NCBI GenBank assembly: GCA_050117845.1
Contig: JASFLY010000008.1
Coordinates: forward strand, 40,273-104,272
DNA: 64,000 nucleotides
Origin: Candidatus Zixiibacteriota bacterium
GTDB taxonomy: Bacteria > RBG-13-66-14 > B26-G2 > WVWN01
Direction: 5' to 3'
This document shows positions 1 through 12,256 of the stretch, piece by piece. The notes beneath the pieces were generated by a model. The model was not told the origin of the DNA, did not search any database, and saw only the letters and a list, made by a program, of their open reading frames with translations. Positions within the stretch are counted from its first letter, which is position 1; each line of letters opens with the position of its first letter. The translations under genes were made by a program, and so were the position numbers.

Positions 1-1
1 A

Positions 2-763
2 GTACGCGACCACGTAGCATTTACCGCCGCGGGCTTTGAATTTGAGGGGTGTTATGGAGCGCTCGGTCTCGCCCCGGCTTCCCCGATAGCGCACCGGCCG
101 GCTCTCCCCGGCGGCGGCCGCCCACTCCAGCGCGACCACGGCCGCGGCGTCCACGTCCGGCGAGGCCGGCATGCCCCGCGAGAGTAGCGCCAGGTCGCCC
201 ACGGTCTCGGCCTCGCGCCGTTCCCGGGCGGCCTCGAGAAACGTCAGGAGGAACTGGCTCTCCACCGCGACGTCGCCGAGCGAGCGATGGGGCGCGGGGT
301 TGGAGACGGCGAACGCGTCCGCGAGGCGGCCCAGGCTGTGGCTGCGCTGTTCGGGGTAGAAGTGGCGGGCCAGGCCCAGGAGGTCGACGGTGGCGCTGGG
401 CACCGGCGGCAGACCGAGTTCGGCCGCCGCGGCCACGACGAACGACATGTCGAAGGGGAGGTTATGGGCGACGAGGACCGCGTCGCCGGCGTAGTCCAGA
501 AAAGCGGGGAAGGCCTCGGCGAGGGGGGGCTCGCCGTAAAGGTCGCCGTCCGTGAGGCCGTGGACGGCGGTCGCCTCCGCGGGCACCGGGACGCCGGGGT
601 TCACCAGCGTCAGGAAGTGGCCGGTGGGCCGGCCGCCCCGGAGCGTCAAGGCGCCTATCTCGACGATGCGGGCGCCGCGCGCGGGTTTGAGGCCCGTGGT
701 CTCGAAGTCGAAGACGACGAAGGTCGCCTCGGCCAGCGGCGTGTCGTACGGCGCGGAGGGCAT
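2..763 (-). CDS. DEDDh 3'-5' exonuclease (DnaQ-like) with C-terminal WYL-like domain; runs off the window edge
   Basis: Not in the ORF track. Manual translation from ATG 763 gives MPSAPYDTPLAEATFVVFDFETTGL (ExoI), AHNLPFDMSF (ExoII), HRSLGD (ExoIII), then VRYRGSRGETERSITPL...CYVVAY (WYL-like). Confidence 0.85.
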   Translation of the reverse strand, partial: MPSAPYDTPLAEATFVVFDFETTGLKPARGARIVEIGALTLRGGRPTGHFLTLVNPGVPVPAEATAVHGLTDGDLYGEPPLAEAFPAFLDYAGDAVLVAHNLPFDMSFVVAAAAELGLPPVPSATVDLLGLARHFYPEQRSHSLGRLADAFAVSNPAPHRSLGDVAVESQFLLTFLEAARERREAETVGDLALLSRGMPASPDVDAAAVVALEWAAAAGESRPVRYRGSRGETERSITPLKFKARGGKCYVVAY

Positions 764-789
764 AAAAAAGGCCCGGCGGAACCGGGCCT
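764..789 (-). terminator. Intrinsic terminator after gyrB
   Basis: AGGCCCGG-TTCCG-CCGGGCCT followed by a T run on the minus strand. Confidence 0.65.
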
Positions 790-802
790 GCTCGGGAGTT
801 AT

Positions 803-2962
<2,160 letters not shown>

Positions 2963-3126
2963 CTACTTTGTCGTATTATTTGCTTCGAGGCGTTTTTATT
3001 ACGGAATTATAAGATATTTACGGTGAAAAAGCAATTAAAAAGCCGGCGAAACCCGGCCGAATTGCGCGCCGTAATTTACTGATAATATTATATTAATGGA
3101 GACTCGCGTATTCCGCGGGAGGGCGT

Positions 3127-4239
3127 TTACGGGGCTGGGGGCCGCGGGGCCGTTTCGGCGCCCCGGATCCGGCCTTCGGATATATTTATCGTGACGTCAG
3201 GTTTTAGCCACGGGGGGATTGTGGTCGCCGTGAACCAGGTCTGGCCGGCCCCGGCGAGGACCCGACCCAACCGTTCCCGGCGGCCGGAGTCGAGTTCGGA
3301 GCCGACGTCGTCGAGGAGGAGGAGCGGCGGGTCGTCTCCCCGTTCCCGGGCCTGGAGGCGGTACTGGGCCACGCGGAGCGAGAGGGCCGCCGTCCGTTGC
3401 TGGCCTTCGCTCGCGAAGCGCCGGGCGTCCCGCCCCTTGACGGCTAACGCCAGGTCGTCGCGGTGGGGGCCGACGAGCGTCAGGCCCCGGCGCCGCTCGT
3501 CGTCGCGGCGGCGGCCCAACTCCTCGTGGTACGCGGCGGCGACGTCCTCATCGTCGCCCTCGGCCGGAACGCCCGGCTCGTACGACACGTCGAAGGCTTC
3601 CTCCTGGGGCGCGAGGTCGCGGTAGGCCGCGGCGGCGGCCGGCCCCAGCGTCGCGGCCCCGCGGGCCCGAAGGCCCGTCAGGTGCGCGCCCGCCGCAACG
3701 AGCTCGTGGTCGAAGGGCTCTACCTCGGCCGAGGGGGCCCCCCGGGCCAACAGCGCGTTGCGTGAGCGGAGGACCGCCGTGTAGCGCTGCAGCGTGAACA
3801 GATAGTCCCGGCTCTGCTGGCCCAGCCATACGTCCAGGAAGCGGCGCCGCGCGGACGGGTCGCCCTTGACGAGACCTAGGTCCCCGGGCGAGAAAGAGAC
3901 GACCGCCAGCGTGCCGACGTAATCGATAAGGCGGCCGAAGGTTTCGCCGTTGACGGCCACGCGCTTGCGGCCGCCGTCGTATTCGAGCTCAAAGGTGCGT
4001 TCGCCGTCGGGGGCGCCCGCTTCCGCGCGGACGGCGAGGGCGTCCTCGCCCCGGCGGACGAGGTCGCGGTCGCGGCTGGTGCGGAAGGACCGGCCCAGCG
4101 CGAGGAAGAAGAGGGCTTCGAGGAGGTTGGTCTTACCGGCGCCGTTGGGGCCGGTTATCAAAATCAAACCGGGCGGCGCCTCGACGGTCGCCTCCCGGTA
4201 ATTGCGGAAATTTTTTAAGTATAGCTCGGTAACGAACAA
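3127..4239 (-). CDS. recF: DNA replication/repair protein RecF
   Basis: LKNFRNY, GPNGAGKTNLLEA, GPHRDDL, SEGQQR, LLLDDVGSELD. Confidence 0.96.
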   Translation of the reverse strand: MFVTELYLKNFRNYREATVEAPPGLILITGPNGAGKTNLLEALFFLALGRSFRTSRDRDLVRRGEDALAVRAEAGAPDGERTFELEYDGGRKRVAVNGETFGRLIDYVGTLAVVSFSPGDLGLVKGDPSARRRFLDVWLGQQSRDYLFTLQRYTAVLRSRNALLARGAPSAEVEPFDHELVAAGAHLTGLRARGAATLGPAAAAAYRDLAPQEEAFDVSYEPGVPAEGDDEDVAAAYHEELGRRRDDERRRGLTLVGPHRDDLALAVKGRDARRFASEGQQRTAALSLRVAQYRLQARERGDDPPLLLLDDVGSELDSGRRERLGRVLAGAGQTWFTATTIPPWLKPDVTINISEGRIRGAETAPRPPAP

Positions 4240-4259
4240 CCCGGCTCACCGGCCCGCCG

Positions 4260-5354
4260 TTATAGCTTTATCGGCATCAGGATGCAGTAGTGGTTCTCGT
4301 CGCCGCTGCCGCGGAACGCCCCCTGCTTGGCCGGGTCGTTGAGCTGGTAGATTATGTCGTCGCCCTCGAGGGTGGCCGCGATTTCGTGGACGAAGGCCGG
4401 GTTGTAGCTAACCTTGAACTCCTCCCCCTCGTAGATGCAGGGGAGCGGTTCGCGGGCCTCGCCGACCTCGGCCGTCTTGGCCTCGACCTCGAGTTGGTTC
4501 TTGCCGACGGTCATGATGATCTGACGGTTGTTATCGTCGCACATCAGCGCCATACGGTCGACGACGTCGAGGAAAAGACTCCGGGCCACACGCACTTCCT
4601 TCTCGAAGGATTGCGGCACGACCTCGCGGTAGGGCGGGAACTTGCCCTCGGCCTGGCGGGTGACGAAGCGGAAGCGGCCGCAGTCGAAGGAGATGTGATT
4701 CTCGCCGAACGCTATCTCCACCGGGTCCTCGGCGTCCAGCACCTTGGACAGCTCGCCCGCCGCCTTGCTGGGCAGGATAACGTCCACAACGCCGCCTATC
4801 TCTATCTCGGTCTTGAGGGAGGTATAGGCCAGGCGGTAGCCGTCGGTGGCGACGAAGCGGACCTCGTTGCCCTCGGCCTGGATGCAGATGCCGTTGAGCG
4901 CGTAGCGCGTGACGTCCTCGGCCGCGGCGAAGAGCGTTTTCTTGATGAGGCTCTTGAGCGTGTCCTGTCCGAGCGTCAGCGTGTGCTCGGGCGCGACCTC
5001 CGGGAATACCGGGTAGTCGGAGGCGTCGAGGCCCATGAGTTTGAACGTGGCCCGGCCGCCCTTGACGGTGGCCTGCGTGCCCTCGACCGATACCTCTACC
5101 TCGTCGGCGTCGAGGTGGCGCGCTATCTCGACGAAACGTCTCGCCGGCAGCGTTAGCGACCCTTTGTCGGCCACGTCGGCGGCGACCCGCGTCCGGGCCC
5201 AGAGGTCGATATTGGTCCCGGTCAATTCGACGCCGTCGGCTTCGGCGACGAAGAGGAGGTTTCCTAAAATGGCGAGAGTGCTTTTGGGCGGGACGGCGCT
5301 TTGGGCGATGCCCAGGGCGTCCACCAATTCCTTGCGGTCACAGCTAAACTTCAC
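4260..5354 (-). CDS. dnaN: DNA polymerase III beta sliding clamp
   Basis: 364 aa; VATDGYRLA, GKFPPY, C-terminal ILMPIKL; upstream of recF. Confidence 0.96.
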   Translation of the reverse strand: MKFSCDRKELVDALGIAQSAVPPKSTLAILGNLLFVAEADGVELTGTNIDLWARTRVAADVADKGSLTLPARRFVEIARHLDADEVEVSVEGTQATVKGGRATFKLMGLDASDYPVFPEVAPEHTLTLGQDTLKSLIKKTLFAAAEDVTRYALNGICIQAEGNEVRFVATDGYRLAYTSLKTEIEIGGVVDVILPSKAAGELSKVLDAEDPVEIAFGENHISFDCGRFRFVTRQAEGKFPPYREVVPQSFEKEVRVARSLFLDVVDRMALMCDDNNRQIIMTVGKNQLEVEAKTAEVGEAREPLPCIYEGEEFKVSYNPAFVHEIAATLEGDDIIYQLNDPAKQGAFRGSGDENHYCILMPIKL

Positions 5355-5447
5355 CGTGGCCTCCCATCGGATATTGAAAGGATTAACGCGTACGTCGGAT
5401 TGACTGAAAATACTAACACTTATCCGCTTCTATTGTCAAACGAATTG

Positions 5448-6326
5448 TTAAGGTTTCGCGCCGTGGAGTACCGCGGCCGTGAGGTCGTCCACGGCTTTGG
5501 TCAGCGCCTCGGTCACGTCGTCGTCCCGCTCCACCTTCAAGCGGCCCCTCAGCGCGTCCATGGCCCGCATATCGCCGATGGCCGCGAGGCTCTCCGCCGC
5601 GGCGATTCGGATCTCCGGCTTCTTGTGGTCCAGAGCCTCGCACAGCGGCCGCACCGCCCGGTCGTCCGTGACGACGCCCAGCGCCTCCGCCGCCGCGAGA
5701 CGGACCTTCCACTTCTTGTCCTCCGTGAGACGCGCTATAAGGGGCTCGACCGCGGCCCGGTCGCCGTAGGCCGCCGCCGCGGCGCAGGCCCGAACGCGGA
5801 CCTCCTCGGCCTCGTCGCCCAACGCGTCGAGCAGCGGCCGGAAGGCCGCGTCATCCCGCAGGCGCCCCAGCGCGTAGGCGGCGGTCGCCCGGCGCCGCGA
5901 CTTCTTGTCGCCGGACAGGACCTCGACCAGTCGCTCTCTGAGCGCATCCGATTTAAACGGAAGTAACGCGTCGGCGGCGGCCCAACGCACGTCGTCGTCC
6001 CCCAGGACGGTCAGGAAGCTCGCGGCCGCGCGGGAGTCGCCGGTACTCTCCAGCGCCCGAATCGCCGCCACGCGGACGGCCGCGTTCAGGCCGTCGTTCT
6101 CGACGGCGCCGGACAGCGCCGCGAACGCGACCTCGCTGCCCTCGAGTCGGGCCAGGGCCCCCGCCGCCTCGACGGCGTACGCGGTGTCGTCGCTCGTAAG
6201 GGCCGCGGCCAGCCGGTCGGCCCCCCAGCTCGGGTCGGGCGGGCCCCCCTGTCCCCAGGCCGCCGTTGCCCCTAATACCCCGAAAAATATAGTCGTTACG
6301 CGTTTCACTTCCATCACCGGCCGCAT
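5448..6326 (-). CDS. Secreted HEAT/PBS-lyase repeat protein
   Basis: Repeated VRxAAAxALG...AVxPL units; signal-peptide-like N-terminus; start uncertain. Confidence 0.8.
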   Translation of the reverse strand: MRPVMEVKRVTTIFFGVLGATAAWGQGGPPDPSWGADRLAAALTSDDTAYAVEAAGALARLEGSEVAFAALSGAVENDGLNAAVRVAAIRALESTGDSRAAASFLTVLGDDDVRWAAADALLPFKSDALRERLVEVLSGDKKSRRRATAAYALGRLRDDAAFRPLLDALGDEAEEVRVRACAAAAAYGDRAAVEPLIARLTEDKKWKVRLAAAEALGVVTDDRAVRPLCEALDHKKPEIRIAAAESLAAIGDMRAMDALRGRLKVERDDDVTEALTKAVDDLTAAVLHGAKP

Positions 6327-6461
6327 TGTGGCAATATTTCGCGTTCAAGTCAAGCGGAACGTGGCCCCGGCGGTTTTTATGGGAAATCGGCGCTGGCCGC
6401 GCGGGGCCTGATGTCGTATAATATTAATATTGAAACCCGTACGGCCCGGAAAGGAGCGACA

Positions 6462-7358
6462 ATGACCCCTAAAAACGACCTCGAAAAGAGGCTGCATCCG
6501 CACCTTTCGTTCATACTGAAGTACCGGCCTCCCGATATGAAGAGGGGCGCGCCGCGGCCCAAGGAGCCCACGCCCCGGGGGCCGGACATGGTCCGCGCCG
6601 CCCGGGCGATAAGCAAGGCCGTGGCCGCGGGGGACCTGTCCTACCGCGAGGCGGCCGAGTACCTCGCCGCCCACGAGAACGCCGGCGTCCGCTTCGTCGG
6701 CGCGATAGTACTGGCGCTGGGCGGCCCCGTCGAGGCGTGGAAGTGGCACGTTGACCTGGCCGCGCTCCTCGCCGACGATGATAACTGGGAGGTGCGGGAG
6801 GCCGCCGTCTCCGCGCTACGGCCCCTCGTCGAGACGGATTACGGCCGGGCGGTGAAGCTGTTCCGTCGATGGGCCCGGGGTAAGAACGTCAACCTCCAGC
6901 GCGTCGTCGCGCTCGGCGTAATGGTCGCGAATAAGCGGCCGTGGCCCGGGCCGATCGGCGACGTCTTCGATATCCTGGAGCCCTTGATGGCCGTGCGGGC
7001 GGAGTACGTGCGAAAGAACCTGGGGCCCTTCGCCATCGGCTCGAGCATAGGCCGGCACTACCCGGGTGAAACCGTGGCCTTCCTCAAACGGATGATGCGG
7101 GCCCAGGAGGAACAGACCCGCTGGAACGTCGCGATGGCGTTCAACCAGTCCTTCGGCGTCCACAATCCGGAACTGGCGCTGCCGTTTCTGGAGAAGCTCG
7201 CCGCGGACGAGAGCAAGTACGTCCGCACGGCGGCGGCGTCCTCTTTGCGGAACATAGGCCGGCGTCACCGGCGGCTGGTCAAACCCCTACTGAAAAAGTG
7301 GGCCGGCGACCCGAAGCGCCGGGAAGTGGCGGAGCGCGTAACCAAATTCTTAAAATAA
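6462..7358 (+). CDS. HEAT-repeat protein, DNA alkylation repair (AlkC/AlkD-like) family
   Basis: LADDDNWEVRE, DESKYVRTAAASSLRNIG; AGGAG upstream of ATG 6462. Confidence 0.6.
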   Translation: MTPKNDLEKRLHPHLSFILKYRPPDMKRGAPRPKEPTPRGPDMVRAARAISKAVAAGDLSYREAAEYLAAHENAGVRFVGAIVLALGGPVEAWKWHVDLAALLADDDNWEVREAAVSALRPLVETDYGRAVKLFRRWARGKNVNLQRVVALGVMVANKRPWPGPIGDVFDILEPLMAVRAEYVRKNLGPFAIGSSIGRHYPGETVAFLKRMMRAQEEQTRWNVAMAFNQSFGVHNPELALPFLEKLAADESKYVRTAAASSLRNIGRRHRRLVKPLLKKWAGDPKRREVAERVTKFLK

Positions 7359-7376
7359 ATAAACGTCCAATATCCG

Positions 7377-7405
7377 AACGCCGCCCCCTCGGGCGGCGTT
7401 TTTTT
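7377..7405 (+). terminator. Intrinsic terminator
   Basis: AACGCCGCCC-CCTC-GGGCGGCGTT followed by a T run. Confidence 0.8.
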
Positions 7406-7498
7406 ACGAAAATACGAAAATAAATAAAAATAATCCACGCATATGCTTGACGGCAGTTCGCATATGGTGCTATATAATTAGGAGAAGGAGGCAACGCG

Positions 7499-8482
7499 AT
7501 GGGAACGGATAAAATACGACGTTTGTTGCTTGCGGCCGCGGCCGGGGCGTTGTTGGCGTCCGCCGCCGCGGCGTCATCTTACAATTACGAAGGAAAATGG
7601 CAGGAGTATTTGGGAGTGGCCGATTGGGAATTCGAGATAGGACCCATTTCCGGGGATGATTCCAAGGTAGCGGTGCCTTATATTTGCGCGTCGAGTATCG
7701 CGGCGATAGATGTTGGATGCAGGTTATTCGACGCGAACGGTGCCTATCTCGGTTATTGTAAATATTTTTTAAGCTCGTACGATCATTACGAAAACGGCGG
7801 GATTTACGGGTGCGCTGCGGTAGGCGAAGGCGCGGTAACGACCTTCACCGTGCATTATTACGATTTGAGCGAGGAAATATATAAAACCGAAAGCCATTTA
7901 TCGTACGGTCCGAACCCAAGTTGGGATATTAAGGAGGACGGGTGGGGCCGCTTCAAAGCCCTGGCGCGGACTCCCGACGGCCAGAGTTTCTATTGCTACC
8001 GGTTATATTCCGGCGATTACAGGATATGTAAAATGACGGTCGCCGGGACCGTAACGAGTTATTTCACGCCTTTGGCCGTGCCGGACGATATGGCGGTGGA
8101 CGCCTCGGGTAATATATATGGTTTATCGGGGGGGTGGGTATTTAAATACGACGCTAGCGGTTCTTTAATAACGTCGTGGGATACTCCGGTCACGCTTAAC
8201 GACGTATGCGTCGACGCTAACGACCGGATATTGGGTTTCTCGAATAGTAATATGTACACGTACGTCTTTAGCGACGCGGGTTCCCTCTTGGGCAGCTTCA
8301 CCGCGCCGTACGAGTCTATCACAAGGCACGGCAGTACCGGTCCGGACGGGAAATATTTCGTCGCATGTGAAGCCTGGGATCAGGAGATTTTTATATGTTT
8401 CGTTGAGATGTACCGGTTCGCCCCCGTTCCGACCAACATCGTCCCTACTAGTTTGGGTAAAATAAAGGCCATGTACCAGTAA
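7499..8482 (+). CDS. Secreted NHL/beta-propeller-like protein with conserved C-terminal motif
   Basis: Signal peptide; PDDMAVDASGNIY and DVCVDANDRI repeats; ends IVPTSLGKIKAMYQ; AT-richer than neighbours. Confidence 0.7.
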   Translation: MGTDKIRRLLLAAAAGALLASAAAASSYNYEGKWQEYLGVADWEFEIGPISGDDSKVAVPYICASSIAAIDVGCRLFDANGAYLGYCKYFLSSYDHYENGGIYGCAAVGEGAVTTFTVHYYDLSEEIYKTESHLSYGPNPSWDIKEDGWGRFKALARTPDGQSFYCYRLYSGDYRICKMTVAGTVTSYFTPLAVPDDMAVDASGNIYGLSGGWVFKYDASGSLITSWDTPVTLNDVCVDANDRILGFSNSNMYTYVFSDAGSLLGSFTAPYESITRHGSTGPDGKYFVACEAWDQEIFICFVEMYRFAPVPTNIVPTSLGKIKAMYQ

Positions 8483-8499
8483 GGGAGGGTAACGGCCTG

Positions 8500-8526
8500 A
8501 CGCCGCCCTTCGGGGCGGCGTTTTTT
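8500..8526 (+). terminator. Terminator between convergent genes
   Basis: ACGCCGCCC-TTCG-GGGCGGCGT followed by a T run. Confidence 0.8.
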
Positions 8527-9145
8527 ATTCCTCGGCCGGTCTCGCTTTTCGCCTCTCCCGGGCCAGGTGCCACCACCGCTTAACGTAGGCCGTGGAATAG
8601 AACCTTCCCGAGACGACGCATATCCCGACGAGTACGCCCCAGGCCGCGCCGCCCAGGACGTCCCCGGGGTAGTGCACGCCGACGTATATGCGGGAGTAGC
8701 AAACCAGCAGCGCCACGCCGAAGAGCGCCGCGCCGACGCGCTTATATTCCGTGAAGACGACGAAGGCGAAGGCGAACGTGTTGGCGGCGTGGGCCGAGGG
8801 GAAGGCGGGGGAGTTCGCCTGGTGCGGCAACAGCAGGCGCACCGTCTCGAGGGCGAAGGGCGGCCGGACCCGGCCGAAGAGCGGCTTGAGGAGGCGGGCC
8901 GTCGTGACGTCGACCAGCGCCACCGCCACCGCCCCGGCGATGACGCAGTATATGCCGGCGCGCCGGTACCGCGCGGGAAGGTATATCGCCGCCAGCGCCG
9001 AGACGCCGATGTAGAAAAACTTGTGCGTGATTATAAGGAAGACGCCGTCGAGGTAGGGGCAGGCCAGCGTCTGGTTGAAAAAGGCGAACAGCGCCCGGTC
9101 TATTTCGCCGAGAACGCCCCAGTCGATGCCGGCGAGGAAGTCCAC
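8525..9145 (-). CDS. PAP2-family membrane phosphatase (undecaprenyl-PP/lipid phosphatase-like)
   Basis: KPLFGRVRP, FPSAH, SRIYVGVHYPGD motifs. Confidence 0.9.
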   Translation of the reverse strand: MDFLAGIDWGVLGEIDRALFAFFNQTLACPYLDGVFLIITHKFFYIGVSALAAIYLPARYRRAGIYCVIAGAVAVALVDVTTARLLKPLFGRVRPPFALETVRLLLPHQANSPAFPSAHAANTFAFAFVVFTEYKRVGAALFGVALLVCYSRIYVGVHYPGDVLGGAAWGVLVGICVVSGRFYSTAYVKRWWHLARERRKARPAEE

Positions 9146-9147
9146 GG

Positions 9148-11376
9148 TTACCGGTCGCCCCTCAGCGCGGCGAAGGCCGCGTGGGCCGCGTCGTCGTACG
9201 GGTCCAGCGCGAGGGCCTGCTCGGCCGCGTACGCCCCGGCGGCCGCGTTGCCCGATTCCAGCTCGAGCCAGGTCAGGCCGTCCCAGGCGCCGACGAGGCG
9301 CGGGCAGAGCTCGAGGGCCCGGATGAAGTTCTCGCGGCCGGCGTCCATCTCCTTGGCCTGATAATGCTCGACGCCGGCGTTGTAATATTCCAGCGCCCGG
9401 TCGATGTCCTCGTACACCTTAACGGAGAAGTCCTCGTCGTAGTAGCCGTCCTTCTCCGCCGGGCCCGCGAACAACGGCGACGGCGGCCCGAGGTCCGGCC
9501 CCTCCCGGCCGGGAACGCCCACCAGGAAGACCCGCCACGATACCGTCTCGAAGACCGGCGCGAAGTGCTCGAGCTCGGCCGGTTCGAACTGCATTTTATA
9601 GGCGCACGAGTCCGCCCGCACCCGCGTTATCGCCCGGGCGTAGCGCATCGAGTCGGGATCGTTTTTAACGATATAGGCGGCGTGGTAGGCCACGTACGTG
9701 ACGTCGTATTTCTCGCATACGCCGTAAAATCCTTCCTCGTCGCCGTAAAGCGCCTGGTAGCACTCGTTGACCTTGGCTCGCATCCCCGGGGCCTCGTATA
9801 TGGGGTGGAGTACGATGGGCGTGCCGGCGAAGGCCAGAAGCGCCGCCGAGGCCGGGAAGGGCCCCAGGACCGCCGTCTCCGTCCGGTCCGGCTGGAAGCC
9901 GAACCATCGGATGATCCGCCATTCCTCGTCGCCGACGTTGGAGGCGTAGCCGCCCTCGCCGGACGCGGCCGCCTCCAGCAGGGCGGTCCAGGGTTGGGGG
10001 CGGCTCTCGTACCGGGCGGCCTTGATGCCCTCGAAAGGCAATAGCACCGCCGGGATGAGGAGCCACGCCAACGCCCGGCGGCCGGGGCGGGCCAGGCCGG
10101 CGTACCCCGCGGCCCAGGCCGCGACGAAGAACGCCAGCACGACCATGAAACGGGTATACCCGGAGAAGAGCAGCGCGAAGACGACGGAGAAAACGATCGT
10201 GGCCGCGCCGAAGGCCCCGGCGGCGGGGTCGCGCAGGCCCCGCAAGAATTCCTTGACGTATTTGACGAGCGGCGGCAGGGCGATAACGAGCGGCAGCACC
10301 AGCACCGCCGCGGCCGAGGCCCACGTCGGCGAGTTGGCCGGCCCCGTCCATATCTCCCGGGCCGCGAGGGGGAGCAGGTTCGGGTCGGCCGGCTTGACGC
10401 CCATGTACCGGATCTTGTAGAAGATCATCGTGTAGATGTGGGAGTACTCGCCGGCGGCGGCGAAGGGCCGCCCCGCGCCGTAAGCCACGCCGAAGATGAC
10501 GCCCAGCGCCACCAGCCGCTGCCACCACTTGAGCCGCCACTTCCAGGCCGCGAGCGCCGTGGCCGCCACCGCGCACGCGAGCGCGAACGACGGCGACGCC
10601 AGGAAAACTTTCTCGCGCAGGGCCGGGTGGATATAGGCGACGAGGGCCGCGGCGCCGAGCGCGGCGGCCGCCCGCCCCACGCCCCGGCTGTCCTTCGAGA
10701 CAAGGACCGTCGCCGCCAGCGGCAGCGTCGCGAAGAAGTAGAGGAAGGACGACGCGTGCCAGCTGATGAGCGCGAGCGCGAAGGCCGCGACCGCCGGCGG
10801 TATCCAGCGCCAGCTTCCCCCCTCGACGAGGCGGGTCTGGCAGTAGAGCGCGAAGAAGAAGACCGGCAGGACGAAATCCTCCCGGAGGTAGTTGCCGCAG
10901 GTTCTAAGGTAGATAACGAGGGAGAGGCCGTATACCAGCGCGGCCAACAGGCCCCCCGGCCTGGACCTGAAGGTCCGCCGGCCCCACAGGTAAACCAGGA
11001 AGAGCGTGAGCGAACTCCACAGCGAAACGTGCCAGCGCAGGAAGTTCTGCGGTTGCATCTCGCCGAGGAGGGGTCTGAGGATGCGGTACGATACGCCGAT
11101 GAAGGCGTCCTGCGTCAAGAAAAACGCTCGCCGCACGTCTACGCCCTCGGGCCACTGGGCGGCGCGGTCGAGCGCCGGGATCTCTTCGCCCAGCGCATAC
11201 ATCCGTACGTAGCGGAAGCGGAAGGCCGGGTCGGACGCGAGGTACATGTCCGGCGGCCAGTGGTACAGCTTCAGCGAGACCACCGCGACGTATAGCGCCA
11301 CGAGCGCGACGCCGGTGTAAAGCACCGGCCGGCGAGAGAGGAATTCCCGTATGGCTGCGAGTCGGCTCAAAATCAT
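9148..11376 (-). CDS. GT-C fold membrane glycosyltransferase, DPY19/STT3-like, with C-terminal TPR
   Basis: Many TM segments; motifs SDPAFRFRY, WPEG, NYLREDFVLP, GTPIVLHPIYE resemble DPY19 (LRESF, RPIVNHPHYE) by recall; TPR-like tail ALELCP...ALALDPYD. Confidence 0.7.
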   Translation of the reverse strand: MILSRLAAIREFLSRRPVLYTGVALVALYVAVVSLKLYHWPPDMYLASDPAFRFRYVRMYALGEEIPALDRAAQWPEGVDVRRAFFLTQDAFIGVSYRILRPLLGEMQPQNFLRWHVSLWSSLTLFLVYLWGRRTFRSRPGGLLAALVYGLSLVIYLRTCGNYLREDFVLPVFFFALYCQTRLVEGGSWRWIPPAVAAFALALISWHASSFLYFFATLPLAATVLVSKDSRGVGRAAAALGAAALVAYIHPALREKVFLASPSFALACAVAATALAAWKWRLKWWQRLVALGVIFGVAYGAGRPFAAAGEYSHIYTMIFYKIRYMGVKPADPNLLPLAAREIWTGPANSPTWASAAAVLVLPLVIALPPLVKYVKEFLRGLRDPAAGAFGAATIVFSVVFALLFSGYTRFMVVLAFFVAAWAAGYAGLARPGRRALAWLLIPAVLLPFEGIKAARYESRPQPWTALLEAAASGEGGYASNVGDEEWRIIRWFGFQPDRTETAVLGPFPASAALLAFAGTPIVLHPIYEAPGMRAKVNECYQALYGDEEGFYGVCEKYDVTYVAYHAAYIVKNDPDSMRYARAITRVRADSCAYKMQFEPAELEHFAPVFETVSWRVFLVGVPGREGPDLGPPSPLFAGPAEKDGYYDEDFSVKVYEDIDRALEYYNAGVEHYQAKEMDAGRENFIRALELCPRLVGAWDGLTWLELESGNAAAGAYAAEQALALDPYDDAAHAAFAALRGDR

Positions 11377-11598
11377 TTTCCTAAATCAATAGGCGGAGTG
11401 TAGCATAGTGGCATGGCGCCTTCAAGGCGGCAAATCCCGCCGGCCTCCCCCCTCCCCCCCCCGGGCCCCGCGGCCCATCGGCCCGGGGGCGGCGATTAAT
11501 GGTTGACACCGGCCCGCCGCCAACATATTATAGGGGAAAGCTCCATCGCAACCAGGCACGACGCGGCCTGATTTTAGCCGCGCAGGAGGTATACCAGC

Positions 11599-11925
11599 AT
11601 GGCGGATAATATCCACGAATTCACGGACGGAAACTTCGACGGCGAAGTGTTGCAATCCGACAAGCCGGTCCTTATAGATTTCTGGGCGGAGTGGTGCGTT
11701 CCGTGCAAGATGATCGCTCCGGCCATCGAGGAAGTCGCGAACGACAACGCCGACGCGCTGAAAGTCGGCAAGGTCAACGTCGACAACAGCCCGGCGATCG
11801 CGTCCAAATACGGCATCCGGTCCATCCCGACGGTCATGATATTCAAGGGCGGCCAGGTGGCCGAGAAGGTCGTCGGCGCCGTCTCGAAGGACACCATCCA
11901 GGAACTGGTCGACAAGGTCAAGTAG
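11599..11925 (+). CDS. trxA: Thioredoxin
   Basis: DFWAEWCVPCK, IRSIPT; AGGAGG SD. Confidence 0.95.
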   Translation: MADNIHEFTDGNFDGEVLQSDKPVLIDFWAEWCVPCKMIAPAIEEVANDNADALKVGKVNVDNSPAIASKYGIRSIPTVMIFKGGQVAEKVVGAVSKDTIQELVDKVK

Positions 11926-12256
11926 GCCCGGCCTCTTCCCGGCGATAATACCGTAGCCACAATCCCCGTCGCTGCCAAAGCGGCGGGGTTTTTGTTGTGT
12001 GGGTGGGTTGGCGTAAATTATAGGTTAATATTTTTTTATACCAAACCGAAGGGCGTTGTGATATTTTACCTTTGGGAAGGTGGAAGGTGACAGAATAATA
12101 AACGAGACCCGACGCTCGCCGTGCCCCTGATGGGGGACGGGCGGCGGGGGTTTAGGCTAACTCCGTTTCGCGCGTTGTTTAAATAATAGGCTGGCGCGGT
12201 CGATTAACAAGGAACCAGTTAGGAACCCACGGCGGGAAATACCGGAAGGACGAGAT

